A DNA stretch of 63,942 nucleotides, counting the filler, from Hyphochytrium catenoides (taxonomy: Eukaryota; Protista; Hyphochytriomycota), in NCBI GenBank assembly GCA_900088475.1. It is 5 parts of 5 records of this genome, joined end to end, with 100 filler letters (N's around TTAATTAATTAA, not from the genome) between each part and the next. Parts side by side here need not be neighbours in the genome. Positions count along the whole stretch, not along the records: positions 34,877 to 59,207 come from FLMG01003816.1; positions 59,308 to 61,737 come from FLMG01001488.1; 3 more parts are not named here. One strand, given 5' to 3'. The notes under the pieces were generated by a model that saw only the letters and a program-made list of their open reading frames with translations, was not told the origin of the DNA and did not search any database. The translations under genes and the position numbers were made by a program. Positions 49,001 through 61,281 of this stretch are shown here, in pieces; the stretch's first letter is position 1; each line of letters begins with the position of its first letter.

Positions 49001-51633
49001 AGCTGACGTTCAAGAGCATCATACTCGGTCTCTTTTTGTTGAAGACTCTTGCCATAGGACAATCGCTCGGACTCAAGAATCTGCTCACAATGTCTAAGAG
49101 CCTTCTCAACCCTTCGGATTTCCTCTACCAGAGACGTTCTGCCATTAAACACTCTCGTCAACAAAATGTTTAGAGCGGAGCATTTTGCGTTGACTTACCC
49201 TTTTGCTGTCATTCTCTGTATTTCCGCTCGAAGGTCTTCTTCTGTCAGCATTCTTCTCTCTTCTTCAACTCTTATCTCCGTCTCTAGCTCTTGTTTTCGA
49301 AGAGTCTCCTCGCGAAGCTCCGCTTCAGCCTAAGATTTGAAGGTTAGCCCCGCTAGTGAAGAAGTGACCTTACCAGAAGATAGGTCAAATTAAGCATCCC
49401 TCTTTTTGAATAGTGCTCGCCGGCCAGATAAGAGAGATTGCTAACCTCCTTCAGACGCAGCATAAGTTCATCCTTGCTCTGAGAGAGTTCCGTACACTTT
49501 GCTTCATAAGCTGCACCCATGTCGCGATGATCATAACTCAACTACGGAAATCGTAGGAGAACACTGTCAAAGTGGGCATCAAGAGGAAGCTGAAAGGTAA
49601 AGCCAAAGAAAGAACGGAACAATCATCGGTGGACCAAGAGGGCAGACCAGAAAAAGAGTAGCGTCAGCAGCCGGTGGTCACCCTACCGCTGCTAGATCGC
49701 CTGCTAGCAGCTGCAGTTCCTCCCTAAACCTTTCTCTCTCGTACTGCAGCTCCCGTTGCAGCTTTTCAATTGCCTCGGTGCTGCTCCTTTTTTCCAACTG
49801 TCGTTCGTGTCCGTCAGCAGGGTATATATGAGGCGCTTAAAGAATCAAAGACTTTCAAGTTACAAGCTTTGGTCTTCATTCGTTTATACCTCCAATGCCT
49901 GTTCGAACTGCTGCGTAGTGGTGGAAAGATCCGCCGCTAAGGTCGCACTAAAAAGTGTTGATCGCGAAGATTTTAGATCAATGTCGTCAGGAGGCAGTAC
50001 CCGACTCGCAGTTGATTCAGCGATAAGTGCCAAGAACAACGCTAGATGAAGAAGCCTAGCACGGGCTTACAACAACATTGCCGGTAGCTGTCAAGTAGTG
50101 GGGATGATAAAGCTTACCTTTCTCTCTCAAAATGAGAAAGGCTCTTTAGCAGTTCCTTGTTCTTCAGTTCCTCATTTTTGAAAGCCTCTTCCCAGCGATG
50201 CCCCTCATCTTGTAAATTCTAAGAGAGCAATTGTTACTTGCTACCTAAGACACCTTTAAAGGTGTTTTGAGAGGGAAAGGCCAAGAAGTGGTAGGAAACG
50301 GTAGCTTCAATACTCCGGGCCAACGGGGAGAGAGATGGCTACCTTATTGTGGCTCATCAAGACAACAAGCTCGCCCTGGAGTCCATTCACAGTACTCTCT
50401 AGTTCTTCGACTTCCTGTTCCTGCGACGACGTGATGCCGAGTTGCTAGGAAGAGAAGCGGTTTAGTGGCGGATGGCTTTTCCAGTCAGCGCCGCACAACT
50501 GTGCGCAATGTTATTGGTGGCAGGAAAAGAGCCAAAACAGGAAGCAATGGGGCATCATAGCGCTTATCGCAATAGAACACTCTAGGAGGGGCTTCATAAC
50601 GTTGGCATGGTTGGCTCAAACAAAGAGGAACTTTTGAAGCACGTTCTCTGATGGTGAGGAGGCGCATGAGAGAGCAAAGACGAGCACTTACCTCTTTGAG
50701 GTTCGCTAATTCGTTGTTCTGGGTCTCAATAACGTTATGGGCATTCCTAAGACGGACCTTCAAGCGGGTCACGGTGTCATCTCCCACATGTTCATCCTAA
50801 GGGAGTCACCACGCAAGGGGAGGGAAAAGTCTCGTCACGATGCAGAAAGCTGGAGCTGCAAGGGTCACAGAAACAATTCATCCGTAACAGCACATGCCAG
50901 AAGAAAGGAAAGGGGTAGCTAAAGCTGCAGGGGTGCCCTTCCGGGGAAGACGGGAGAAGTGTGCCGTATAGACAAGTGGCCTGCAAATGGCCTCAACTCC
51001 TACATCTCTGTACCTTGATGTTCGTGATGATGGTGGACATGGTTGACTTTCTGCGATGGATAATCGACTTTCGGGAACCATTTCTCTTGCCGTTGCTCGG
51101 TTTGTCAACATTCTTGACGGTGCCGAGGGTATTTATAACCTCGTTCTCTGGTTGGTTGGGGAACTTTAGTTTTAGTGACAAAGAGAGCGAATGATGTCAA
51201 CAGTCTAAACATCCTGCTATGCAGAAGTCATGCTATGAGGGGAGAGAGGCATGCTCTGTGCCGCTGTGGTCTAACTATGCTACAAGAGCATCACGGTAGC
51301 ACTCTCATTCCCATGAGCACCTTTATCGTATCCGGTATCTAGGAGAGCTGGGTGAGGAGGTGATAAGAATCGCTTCGACTTCAGAGCAAGAGTTGGCGCT
51401 GGGGCATCATCCAACGTAGAGATCTTCACATCATATGACCCAGGCCCAGGAGTAGGAGTTACTGCAGGGGAGATTGAGAGTAGGAGTAAGACTCATTGGG
51501 CCCAAAATTCAGAAATCACTTGGGCATGAGATGCAGGCCTCAAGGAGGAGGTAGCTAAAAGTGTTGCAGAAGGAGGGTGGATCTTACCAGGGTCAACAAA
51601 ACGACTGCTCCTACTGCGTCCAAACAGCACCAT
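46005..51633 (-). CDS. HMMR: HMMR/RHAMM-like spindle-associated coiled-coil protein (multi-exon; stop may be slightly further, ~45935)
   Basis: N-terminus MVLFGRSRSSRFVDP|VTPTPGPGSYDVK...LKSKRF resembles HMMR KRFNDP..APSPGAYDVK...KSQRF. A long coiled coil follows. The C-terminus AELAGHRNSKQKIKHLQNIKEQNSQLKT|EVKRLQ matches the HMMR_C motif [28 protein letters not shown]. Confidence 0.78.
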
Positions 51634-52007
51634 GTTTTGATGTGCGCGGCGTCTGCACTAAAGCACGTTGGAACTTTTGTTGCCTTATTGGTCGGAACCG
51701 GATCACACTGTCCAACTAAAGCTTGGGGCGGAGGATTTTTCTTTAGGCTCTTCCTGTTGCCGGTTGAGCTTATCGGTGCCTGTGAAGGTCTTGGTCTCCA
51801 CCACTACGTCTTTACTTGTAGAACAATCGTGGCGCTGTCCAGACCTCTGTCGCTCTTCGTTTGTGCTCCACTCTAACTCTTCTTCTGGTTGTTGGCATGT
51901 GGAGAGTGGCGAGAGATGGCGCTCTCGAAAGGTTCTGACAGCACAGCAGGCAGTGCAGGCAGCGCAGGCAGCGATCAGGGCCATCACGTGGAATTTTGAA
52001 GTCTCCT

Positions 52008-53596
52008 TATAACGGCTACTAGGCCCGAAATTGACCCGAATATAAAAGAGTTAAGCCCTTTCCTTACTAGTAAAGGTCTGGGCGGCTCTACCCGTGTTAG
52101 GCCCGCTCAATGGCAGTCCGATAAATGGGAACATAAAGTGTGAGACCCGAGTTGAGCCCGAGGGTCCAGAGTGGCAATCCGCGGCCTGAAATCAGTTGTA
52201 CAAGTACAAGCAACATGATCTCCGTTGTTAGTGCTCAGGCCTGATCTCCGTTTTGCATTTCACTCTTCGTTTCATCTGTCCGACTGTCCGAGGAGTCCGA
52301 CTAATCTCCATACGTAGTTCCTGCTACCCTCCTCATAGCTCATCGCGATTGTCGTGATCCGTCTCGCTGCTGATGCACTCTGTCGTCACAAATACATTTT
52401 CCCTCTACAGACTTCAATCACGTCCGTTGGGACCTAGTAGTATTAGTCATCTTTTCCACGGGTTCATTCTCCTGATGTCCGTCGTCTTCCTCCTCCTCTT
52501 CCTCCTCCTCCGATGTCCCCCGTCTAATTCTGTATTGGGGCCTCTTCTTCACCCTTCTCCCCTCCCTCCTTCTTCATCTCCTTTTCCTTCGTTTCTCTCC
52601 TCTTCCGTTTCTACCGATTCTTCTGGCTCGGAAATGCCATAATCTCGTCTTCTTGTTCTTCATTTCTATCCATCTCTTGTTGGAACAGTTGTAGGGACTG
52701 TTCAATTTAGAGCGAGTTGTTGCTCAGATTAGGCGAATGTCTTGCAAGAGGTTGATTGGTGTCATACCAAGTATCTGGTAAATTGTTGAGTGATATTGTT
52801 AGCTGTTTTACTACGAGTATGATAGAACTACTTGTTATTAGAGCTGGTGGGCAGTACTGTCTATAGATAGAAGAAGGATGAGAAGAAGGGCGAGGCGCGA
52901 GCTCCTTATCCTGGACAGCATGTGGTATGCCGAAGCATTGTAGCTGCCAACCAATCTGCTATAGTCATGTTCGTTGACATTCTTTCTACTCCCACATTGA
53001 TGAGTGTGAGAGTCCTACTGCTCCAACATCTCTACCTCTTCTGTTCCAACCTCTCGCCCTCCATCGCCTGATCTGCGTGGGATGTTCCTCCTTCCCCTTC
53101 GAAGCTTCCGTCATTCCAAATTCGATGCTTCTTCGAGAAGAGGAGATAACGTATCTTTCTTTCATACTCATCATCGTCACTACTCTCTTCCTCCTCATCA
53201 CTGTACACTATCAATGGGTCGTCGACGTCTTCGCCGGTTAATTGTGACACCTTGGATGATGTCCCCGCACTGTCTGTAGGGAACCATCTGTGCTGTTGTC
53301 CTCTTCTTCCTCGCTATCACGATCCATATCTGTGTCCTCGACAAGGTCCCAGAGATCATAATTATGCTCTCTCCTTCGCTCACCCGGATGTCATGACGAG
53401 AGCGGAAAAGATGTATAAGCCCCTGGATGATGGGGATCACACGGCGTCTGGTATTACTAGCCTGCTGGGACCTTTTCGTACCGCCTGGCTGGGTCAAGCG
53501 AAGGGAGGCTCTTGGCCCAGGCGCATAATAAGTAATAGCCGTGTCCTAACTCACTAACTAACGAAGAACTAAGCGTTAAGGCCCGCACTTCTTAAC
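52008..53596 (-). pseudogene. Decayed repeat/element relic with interrupted acidic low-complexity reading frames
   Basis: Short acidic frames (EDVDDPLIVYSDEEEESSDDDEY; EEEEEEEEDDGHQENEP) broken by many stops. The minus-strand ends TGTTAA.../...GTTATA are LTR-like. No TSD found. Confidence 0.25.
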
Positions 53597-56500
53597 ACCT
53601 CATCAGCTACATAGCTAAATACCTCCTCTCGTCTACCTCTAGCATTGGTCCAAGAAAGTCGCATCGGTGGGCGGGCGGGCGGTTGACTGTTCGGCGGCAG
53701 TGTATAGGTCTAGTCAGCTGTGCTTCTTCTATCCGTTGCCGCTACTGTATGTCTAGGCTCTGAGCAAGCGGCAGGAGGACCGCGGAAATCGGAGATTGAC
53801 GGAGGCGGTCAGCCCCAACCTACAACCGCGCCAGGTAGGAAAACCTAATATCCCTCCCTGGATATTCCACCTTTCCTTATCAAGTTCCTAGATCTGAAGG
53901 AAGAAGGGCGATCACCATTCCAAAGCTCAGGTGACGCTCAAACAGCAGGATGGCGTGTCGTTAGCGATAAAGAAACTACTAGTTCGAAGAATTGTTGCAA
54001 GACGATGATCTCGACGTAGATTTAAAAGAATTAACCACGATTAGACGTACAGGGACGAAAGTACTCATGAGAAGATAAAGGTGGTCGTTTATCTATCTGC
54101 TCCTGCTGGCTCCCCTACATCCATGCTGCCTCTTACGGCTCCTTTTTCCGACTTCATGTGGCCAACTAGTGCATTGTTTACGTGCCTCCCATCTCGTATG
54201 GTTTCCAGCCTCCCTGTCTCTTACTACCTTACGGCCACCACCTGGCGCTGCCTTCTGTCTTCTGCCTCCTGTCTCCTACTGCTGTCTCCTGTCCCCTCGT
54301 ATTTCCAGTTATATACTGCCTTGCTGTTACTTACTACTGCTTTTGCCCCGTGCTTCTGTCTCCTCCTGTTGTTGTCTACCTACTCCAGCTTGTTCCTGCC
54401 CCAGGATGCTGCCTTCCGCCCCGTGCCCCGTGCTGCTGTTATAGCCAATAGTGTTCATTAGAGATTGTACGAAAGACGACCACCGGCGAGGAAGGCAGAG
54501 GTCGCTACGGTGCTCAAAGCTGAAGTGGACTGGCCGCTTAATTGGCAACACGCAGCAAACAAGCGGCGCTTTGGATGACGAAGAAGATAGGAGATCCTCG
54601 AAGAAACTCAATCATATTCTATAACCTCAGAGAGGAGGTTAGGAGGTTGACCGCGGAGAGGCAGCAGGAAGAGGGGGAGATCAGAGATAGTAGAGAGAGA
54701 GAGAGGGAGACAGGGCTGAGAGACATCAGAATCAGAGAGGAGAGAGAGAGAGTAAAAGAGAGATAAAGAGATAGATAATAGAGCAAGAAGAGAGAAGAAA
54801 GAGAGACTGTGAGACAGTATCAGAAGGGAAGAGGAGAGAGAGGAGAGCGATAGAGGGAAGAAATGGGAGGGCGGCGAGAACAAACATTCGACCTTCGCAA
54901 AAAAGAGAAGAGTGTGGGGTAAGTGAGGCGAAGAGGCACAGACCTAGTAGTCTACCTCATCACTAAAGGATCGCATTTGACTCCTAACTCCTTGCTTCGA
55001 GCCTCCCAACTCCGGGTTGGTGGGGAGAGGCAATGTAGGGTGGCGAACACCTATAAAGAACTAAACAAAGGAGCGAGTACGAAGCAGTAGTTCGTTCTGA
55101 AAACCGCAAAACTCCTTGTGCGCGTGGTGGTTCTAGTACCACCTACATACCGGCGACGTTCCACCCCCACCAGCGAGCTTATGTCCTCCGCTCTTCGTCC
55201 TCTTTCTCTGCTGTTTCTTTCTGCTTGCTTTTACGTATTGTTACCGAGGTCCACCTCCCTCTTCTTCCGTTTATTTCAAGGCGCTCCTCTGCTTTCTGTG
55301 TTGTATGGTCTGCTGGTTCCCTTTCCTGGGAGCTGTTGTGCAGCGCCCACAGGAAAGTAGGTGGTACCAGATTTCTATCAAACCTTGGCTCAGTTGATCC
55401 CTTTACGAGGCACCGCCTTCAGCAGAGGCTGCCGCCGATTGCGGCTTTCCGTGCTCCCTCCTCTTCTAACAATAATTTTTATCTATCCTAACTCTAGGAA
55501 GCAGCAGCTTCAATAAATCTGTCACGGGTAGCCTTCCGCCCGCCTTCTTCTTGTTCTTCCCTCTTCCAAGTTTGCAATCACACAACATCATTTCTTCTAT
55601 GAGTTACATTCTCTCTTTCTGTTCAATCACTTTTCTTCTTACGCGTGTCGTCCCTGCCTGCCGTCGGCGATTTATGTAAAGAGAAGAAGCAGCAGAGAAG
55701 AAAGATGCCGTTCCAAGGCTTCAATAGAGCCTTGCACGGGATGCATTGGGACTCCAACTTCTAACGACGATAAGCTCAACAAGATTACGACCGCTTAATT
55801 CAGCAACCTATCTATTATCAATTATCTTTTCCATTATCCTCTGTCAGTGTCTTTTTCCTTCCGTTCCTCCTCTTCTCCTCAATCTGCTGTACTTCTCCCA
55901 CTTCAGCATCTTCTCATGTCGATCCCCTCATTTAAGTCTTTCCCTCCATCTTTCTCTCCTGTTGTTCGGCTTCCTTCAAATTTCGATTCTCTTTAAATTC
56001 TGTCTCCTCTTCACCCTCCTCCTCCTCCTCCTCTTCCTGTCTCTCTCTCTCTCTGTCTCTCTCTCTCTCTCCCTCTCTCTCTCTCTGTCTCTCTTCTCTC
56101 TCTCTAAACATATATATTTCTCCAGTCTTTGTGTTATCCCCTCCCCCTCTCCCTGCTATTGAAAAGGACAACTTTCGTCCAGTTGGTGAAGAGGTGGCAT
56201 CAAGAACAATGTCGATGACGCAGTCAGCTTCAAGGATCTCGCGTATTGGATCGCCAGACCTGTATGGGGCAACGATTTCAGACTTTTCTCGACGGTCATG
56301 GCAGTACCTGCTGCATACTAGAGACATCGGTCTGACCAGGGGTTGGGGAGTGTTGGGTATGTGAAACTGCCACCTGCCAGCCTGCAAAAGCGCCAATCTC
56401 TGGCTCATCTTCGTGGGTTTCAATGATCTGAAGCTGATACTCAGTCACCTTTCAAGAGGCAAAAGACAGTGGTTTTCTGCTGACACGCCATCTCAAATCA

Positions 56501-58440
56501 TGGCAAGACTGGCTCACCAGCACCCTGAGTTCCAAAGATTGTTAAGGGATCGGCTTCAGGGTTACCTATATACCTTTCGTCATGACTCTCCCTGCCCTAT
56601 ATGCTATGTCTTAGGGCCTCAAGGAAGGTTAGCTGTTTGGTATAGGAGATCCAACGCTAGATTGGTGCTTCTGATGTCTGGACCGAGGCTATACAGCACG
56701 CGGACTGTCCTGTAGAGATCAGGGCTCAGGGGAAGAGACCATTGCTTTATCTGTAGCCTTCCGCAACGAGAGAGAGAATTATTGCTTCGCTGAAGTTGCG
56801 TTTGGTAATAATCGCCAACTCAGCGATTCTGGTGGTAAAGATGTGATTTTCCGGCTGCGTAAAAAGCATGTAGGGCAAAACTAGAAAAATTAAGGGGACG
56901 GTAAGGAGCAAAGGGGGTGTTATAATAAAGTTAGGAAGGACAATGGGAGAGCGGTTGCTAGCAGGAAGATATATATATATATAGACGAAGAGGACTGGGG
57001 TGAAAGAGCAGCAGAAGCTGTATGCACAGGGGAAAGAGTTGAGAAATAGGCGCAGAGAGAAGTAAGAGCGGGGACGTAGGAGTGAGGGACGAAGGTGAAA
57101 TGTTAAAGGTTAGGGTTGAGATGTATGTACGACAGGAGCAAAAGCGCCCAACGGGTGCAAATAACAGAGGGGGCATTTTCGGATTAAGAAAGATGATGGG
57201 TGAGCAGTTGCTAATAATCAAAGAGGAGCAAGACAGATAGAGACAAAGATAACGGGAGGGAAAGAGCATTAGCATTGATTCAAAGTACGATGTTTGCAAC
57301 GATGTCGAAAGTGAAGGATCAGTCGAGAAGTAAACACAAAAAGTTGTGTTTCAGAAGCAAGCAGACAATTAGGACGGGAAATAACAACGGCGCAATTGAA
57401 GGAATGGAAAGACAACAGTGGGGGAGCAATCGCTAATAAGCCGCTATAACGAGCCGCTATAACGTGAAGAGAGATAAAGACGAAGAGCAAGGTGGAAAGA
57501 TAGCATACGGAAGGTGTTTGCCTCTTGCACATTCTTCTGCAGTCTCTAAAATCCTCAGTTGTCTTTTCTGTTTGTGTAGGTGTCTCTGTTCGTAGGGCAT
57601 TTTAGAGGGTAGGAAAGAGAGTGGGAAAGCAGATGCTAACTGTAAGCAAGGACATAAAGACACAATCGAGGAGGAGAAAGAGCATCAGCAAGGATGGTGG
57701 ACAGAACGGAGTTCGGGGGAGAGTGCAGAATGAATCAGGCGCGGGGGAGTGGAGTGAAGACAAGAAGGCGAGATGTCGGAAAAGGGTGAGAGGCATGTAA
57801 ATAAGGAGACGAATATCTAAGGGGACGGTAATAGCAGAGTGAGAACTTTAAGAAGAGCATGGAAGAAAGAGAAAATAAAGAGGAAGAGCAAAGGCGACGG
57901 AGCTTCAAAAACGGGGTGGTGCAGAGGACGAAGCTCGTGAGAATAAGCAGAGAGAAGCAGGAGCGGGAAAGTAGGAGCAACTAAAAAACCGTGAAATCTT
58001 AGGAGGAGTCAAAACATATAGTACAGGAGCAAAGGACAAAACCGGACAGGATAACAGAGCGGGGATGTAGAAGCGAGGAGACCAAAATTCATGAGCACTG
58101 GCTTAGGACTAAGAAGCATCTAAGAACAAGAGCTAGCGAGTCCAGCGGACAAGGATATGATACAGTGAGCATTATGCTTTCACAGGAGGTTATGGATGTG
58201 GAATACGGGAGCGGGCTACGGCAGCGGTTATGGTTGAGGTTTACAGCCGCGGTTATGGCGGTGGGCATATAAAAGGGTTGCGAGTTAGCGGAGGGCAACC
58301 GCTGCGGAAAAGGAAAATAGCTAAACCGCACCGGATAGGAAAACAGCATAACTGCTGCCGGGTAGAAAAGCAGATTAATCGCTCCGGCGATAGGAAAACA
58401 GCTTAATGGTAGGAAGATAGCAGCAACCACGAAAAGGCAG

Positions 58441-59207
58441 AGGGTTAGGAATAGGGTTGGGATGAGGGCAGCGAATTAGGGCAGCGGGTTAGGGCAGTGG
58501 GTTAGGGCGGCGCGTCAGTGCAGCGCAATAGGGCAGCGGGTCAAAGCAGCGAGTCCGGCCAGAGGGTTAGGGCAGCGTGTTAGTGTAGGGGATTAGGACA
58601 GCGGGTTAGGGCAGCGGACTAGGGCAGCGTGTTAGGGTAGCGTGTTAGGGTAGCGTGTTAGGGTAGCGCGTTAGGGTAGCGAGGTAGAATAGCGGGTTAG
58701 GGCAGGGTGTTAGGGCAGCATGTTAGGGCAGTGTGTTAGGGCAGCATGTTAGGGCAGCGTGTTCGTGCAGCAGCATGTTTAGGGTAGCGCGTTCGGGCAG
58801 GGTGTTAGGGCACCGTGAAAGCGCAGCGTGTTAGGGCAGCGTGTTAAGGCAGCGTGATAGGGCAGCGTGTTAGGGGTTAGGCTTAGGGCAGCGTGTTAGG
58901 GGAGCGGGTTAGGGCAGCTGTTAGGGGAGCGCGTTAGGGCAGCGTGTCAGGGTTAGGGCTTAGTGTTAGCGTTAGGGCAACGTGATACAGTAGCGTGTTA
59001 GGGTAGCGCGTTAGGGTAATAGCGAATTATGGCAGGGAGTTAGGGTAGCGTGCTAGGGCAGCGTGTTAGGGCAGCGTGTTAGAGCAGCATGTTAGGGCAG
59101 CGTGTTACGGCAGCGTGTTAAGGAAGGGCAAGATGTAGGGAGCGGGTTAGGGAGCGGGTTAGGGAGCGGGTTAGGGAGCGGGTTAGGGAGCGGGTTAGGG
59201 TTAGGGT
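58441..59207 (+). repeat. Subtelomeric variant-repeat array grading into telomeric TTAGGG
   Basis: Roughly 50 degenerate 13-mers TTAGGG(C/T)AGCG(T/C/G)G, then GTAGGGAGCGGG plus four perfect TTAGGGAGCGGG (59135-59194), then TTAGGGTTAGGGT (59195-59207) at the contig end with the G-strand pointing outward. Confidence 0.9.
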
Positions 59208-59307
59208 NNNNNNNNNNNNNNNNNNNNNNNNNNNNNNNNNNNNNNNNNNNNTTAATTAATTAANNNNNNNNNNNNNNNNNNNNNNNNNNNNNNNNNNNNN
59301 NNNNNNN
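59208..59307. other. Artificial contig linker
   Basis: N44-TTAATTAATTAA-N44. Confidence 0.95.
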
Positions 59308-61281
59308 ATGTAGAATGCCACGTGTCTTGCAATACTCCTTCATAGCCTCCGAGCAGTATTCGCCACCTCGGTCGCTCCGAATACGTTGAACTTTAAGTCC
59401 TGTTTGGCGCTCAGCCATCTTGATGAAGGTGTCAAGGTGGTTGATGACCTCACTCTTATTCTTCATGAGGTACAGAAAAACTCGACGAGTATAGTCGTCG
59501 ACGAAAACCACATAGTAACGATGACCGCCAAGGCTAAGTGTATTGACAATGCCAACATCGGAGTGGACTAGTTGAAGGGGGCGTTGTGTTTTACGATGTG
59601 ATTGTTTCGGAAACTTACGTCGGGTCAGTTTTCCCAAGACACAACCCGAACAGAGAGACGCTGTATCGTTGATGATCTTCATGCCTGAAGCAACCGTTGC
59701 CAATTTCCGCACATCGGGAATGTTTAGATGCCCCAGTCTGCGATGCCAGATGGTGACTGATTGGGGGCTGATAGCGGAAGCAGAAGAGTCTATTGCTTCA
59801 GTATCGGATAAGGTGGTGTAGGCACTGGGAGAACTGCTTGATGGAGTAGTGTCAGTTAAGGTAGAGCCCGTCACGTAAAAGAGATTCCCAATGCGTTCGC
59901 CAAGGGTGCTGGTTGGTGCAGCAGAAAGCAGCTGAGATAGAGGTTTAGGCGGTAGATAATAGACCTTTCCATCTTGGGTAAAGAGTACGTGGTAACCTTT
60001 ATCAAGCTCCTTGCTGAGTGAGAGTAGATCTTTGGTGAATCCAGGAGCATGTAGAACGTTTTGAAGGGTTACAGTGCCTGTCCGGTTGGTCGGTGATGTG
60101 AGAGAGAGCTTGACTGATCCTTGTCCGATGGCCTTGACGCTTCTGTTGTCGGCTGTGAGTAGAGGTATTGGATCGATGACTTTGTAGTCCTGGAAAAGCT
60201 GCCGGTTGCCAGTAATATGATCTGTGGCACCGCTATCAATGATCCACCGTGCTCCGTTGTTGCTCTCTGTGAAAGCCACTCCTGCTTGTGATCTTGGAGG
60301 GGGGTCATTCTCGTTTTCTTCGGCACAAGGAGGAGACTTGGTATAAGCAACAATTCCAAGAGAGTTGATTAGCTCCTCGCGCTGATTCGCGTCAAGGGCA
60401 TTAATAAAGGCTGCAAATGCAGCTGCAGGCTTTGCAGCTGGCGTACTATCTTTACCCTTAGTGCGCGATTTCCACCCCGCCGGACGACGATGAGCATTGG
60501 CCTCCAGTTCCCAACAGAGTTCTGCACGATGGGTCCGTCCATTGCAATGAGGGCAAGGATTGCGTCTTCCTTTTCCTGCGTCTCCTTTCTGAGGATCCGG
60601 GCGTTCGGTGTGATAAGCTCCTCTTTCACCAGTAGTAGTCCCCTGCTGAGCAGCTACGGCTCTACGGCGATTAGTCTCATTGATGAGAATCTCTTCCACT
60701 TGATCGGCAGTCAGAGTGCCAGTACCGCGGACCTGAATTGCTTCCACAGTGCCTCGGAATGATTCTGGCAATCCCATTAGGATGGATGCAATGAGGAGCT
60801 TGTCACTGAAGTCTTCGTTAGTCATCATCTCTTTGAGCAAATCGCTTTGTCTGCGTTGTTCATTCAGGAAGGTTCTTAGATCATCTCCATCCCTAAGTTT
60901 GTTGGTAAGGAAAGAGATGAGGGTTGTCACAATATTGTTGACATTGCGGCTCTCGAACTCCTCTTGCAGTTTCAACCATGCCTCCCTGGCAGTTCCTTTC
61001 CTTGGTAAAAAGCGCACGAGATTGTCGGACACGGCAAGAACAATCTTGTTGTAGGCTTTCTTGTCGTCCCTGAGCCATTTTGAGTCCTGTTCACGTCCTT
61101 CGGTTTTCTTGTCCTGCTTTTTAGCGTCCGCTGTAGAGGCTCCAGAGGGTTCCGGATCCGTAATGTGGTCCAGAAGACCGAGCTCGTCCAAATAGGCTTC
61201 CATTTTGACACTCCAGATGGGGTAGTCATCTCGTCCTTGAAGCTTGGTGATGGATAGAGTTCCTGAGTTTTGAGAGTCCAT
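59308..61281 (-). CDS. Copia gag-pol polyprotein, 3'-truncated (frame open from 61452; first ATG 61281)
   Basis: Gag KLQGRDDYPIWSVKMEAYL...TAREAWLKLQEEF; zinc knuckle CPHCNGRTHRAELC (CX2CX4HX4C); protease WIIDSGATDHI; WHRRLGHLN...CSGC (HHCC); rve LVHSDV...FVDDYTR...IRSDRGGEY. No stops in the frame. Confidence 0.95.

Larger units (their letters stand above)
26640..58400. repeat. Abundant (CT)n/(GA)n microsatellite and polypurine/polypyrimidine tracts in introns and intergenic DNA
   Basis: Examples at 26948-26988, 27200-27430, 33190-33310, 36130-36215, 42635-42705, 56040-56105. They produce spurious SLSL/RERE ORFs. Confidence 0.9.

Noticed and set aside
56160-56870. High-complexity island with 100-163 aa ORFs in subtelomeric DNA
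   Set aside because: No identifiable motif; both strands give only short frames.
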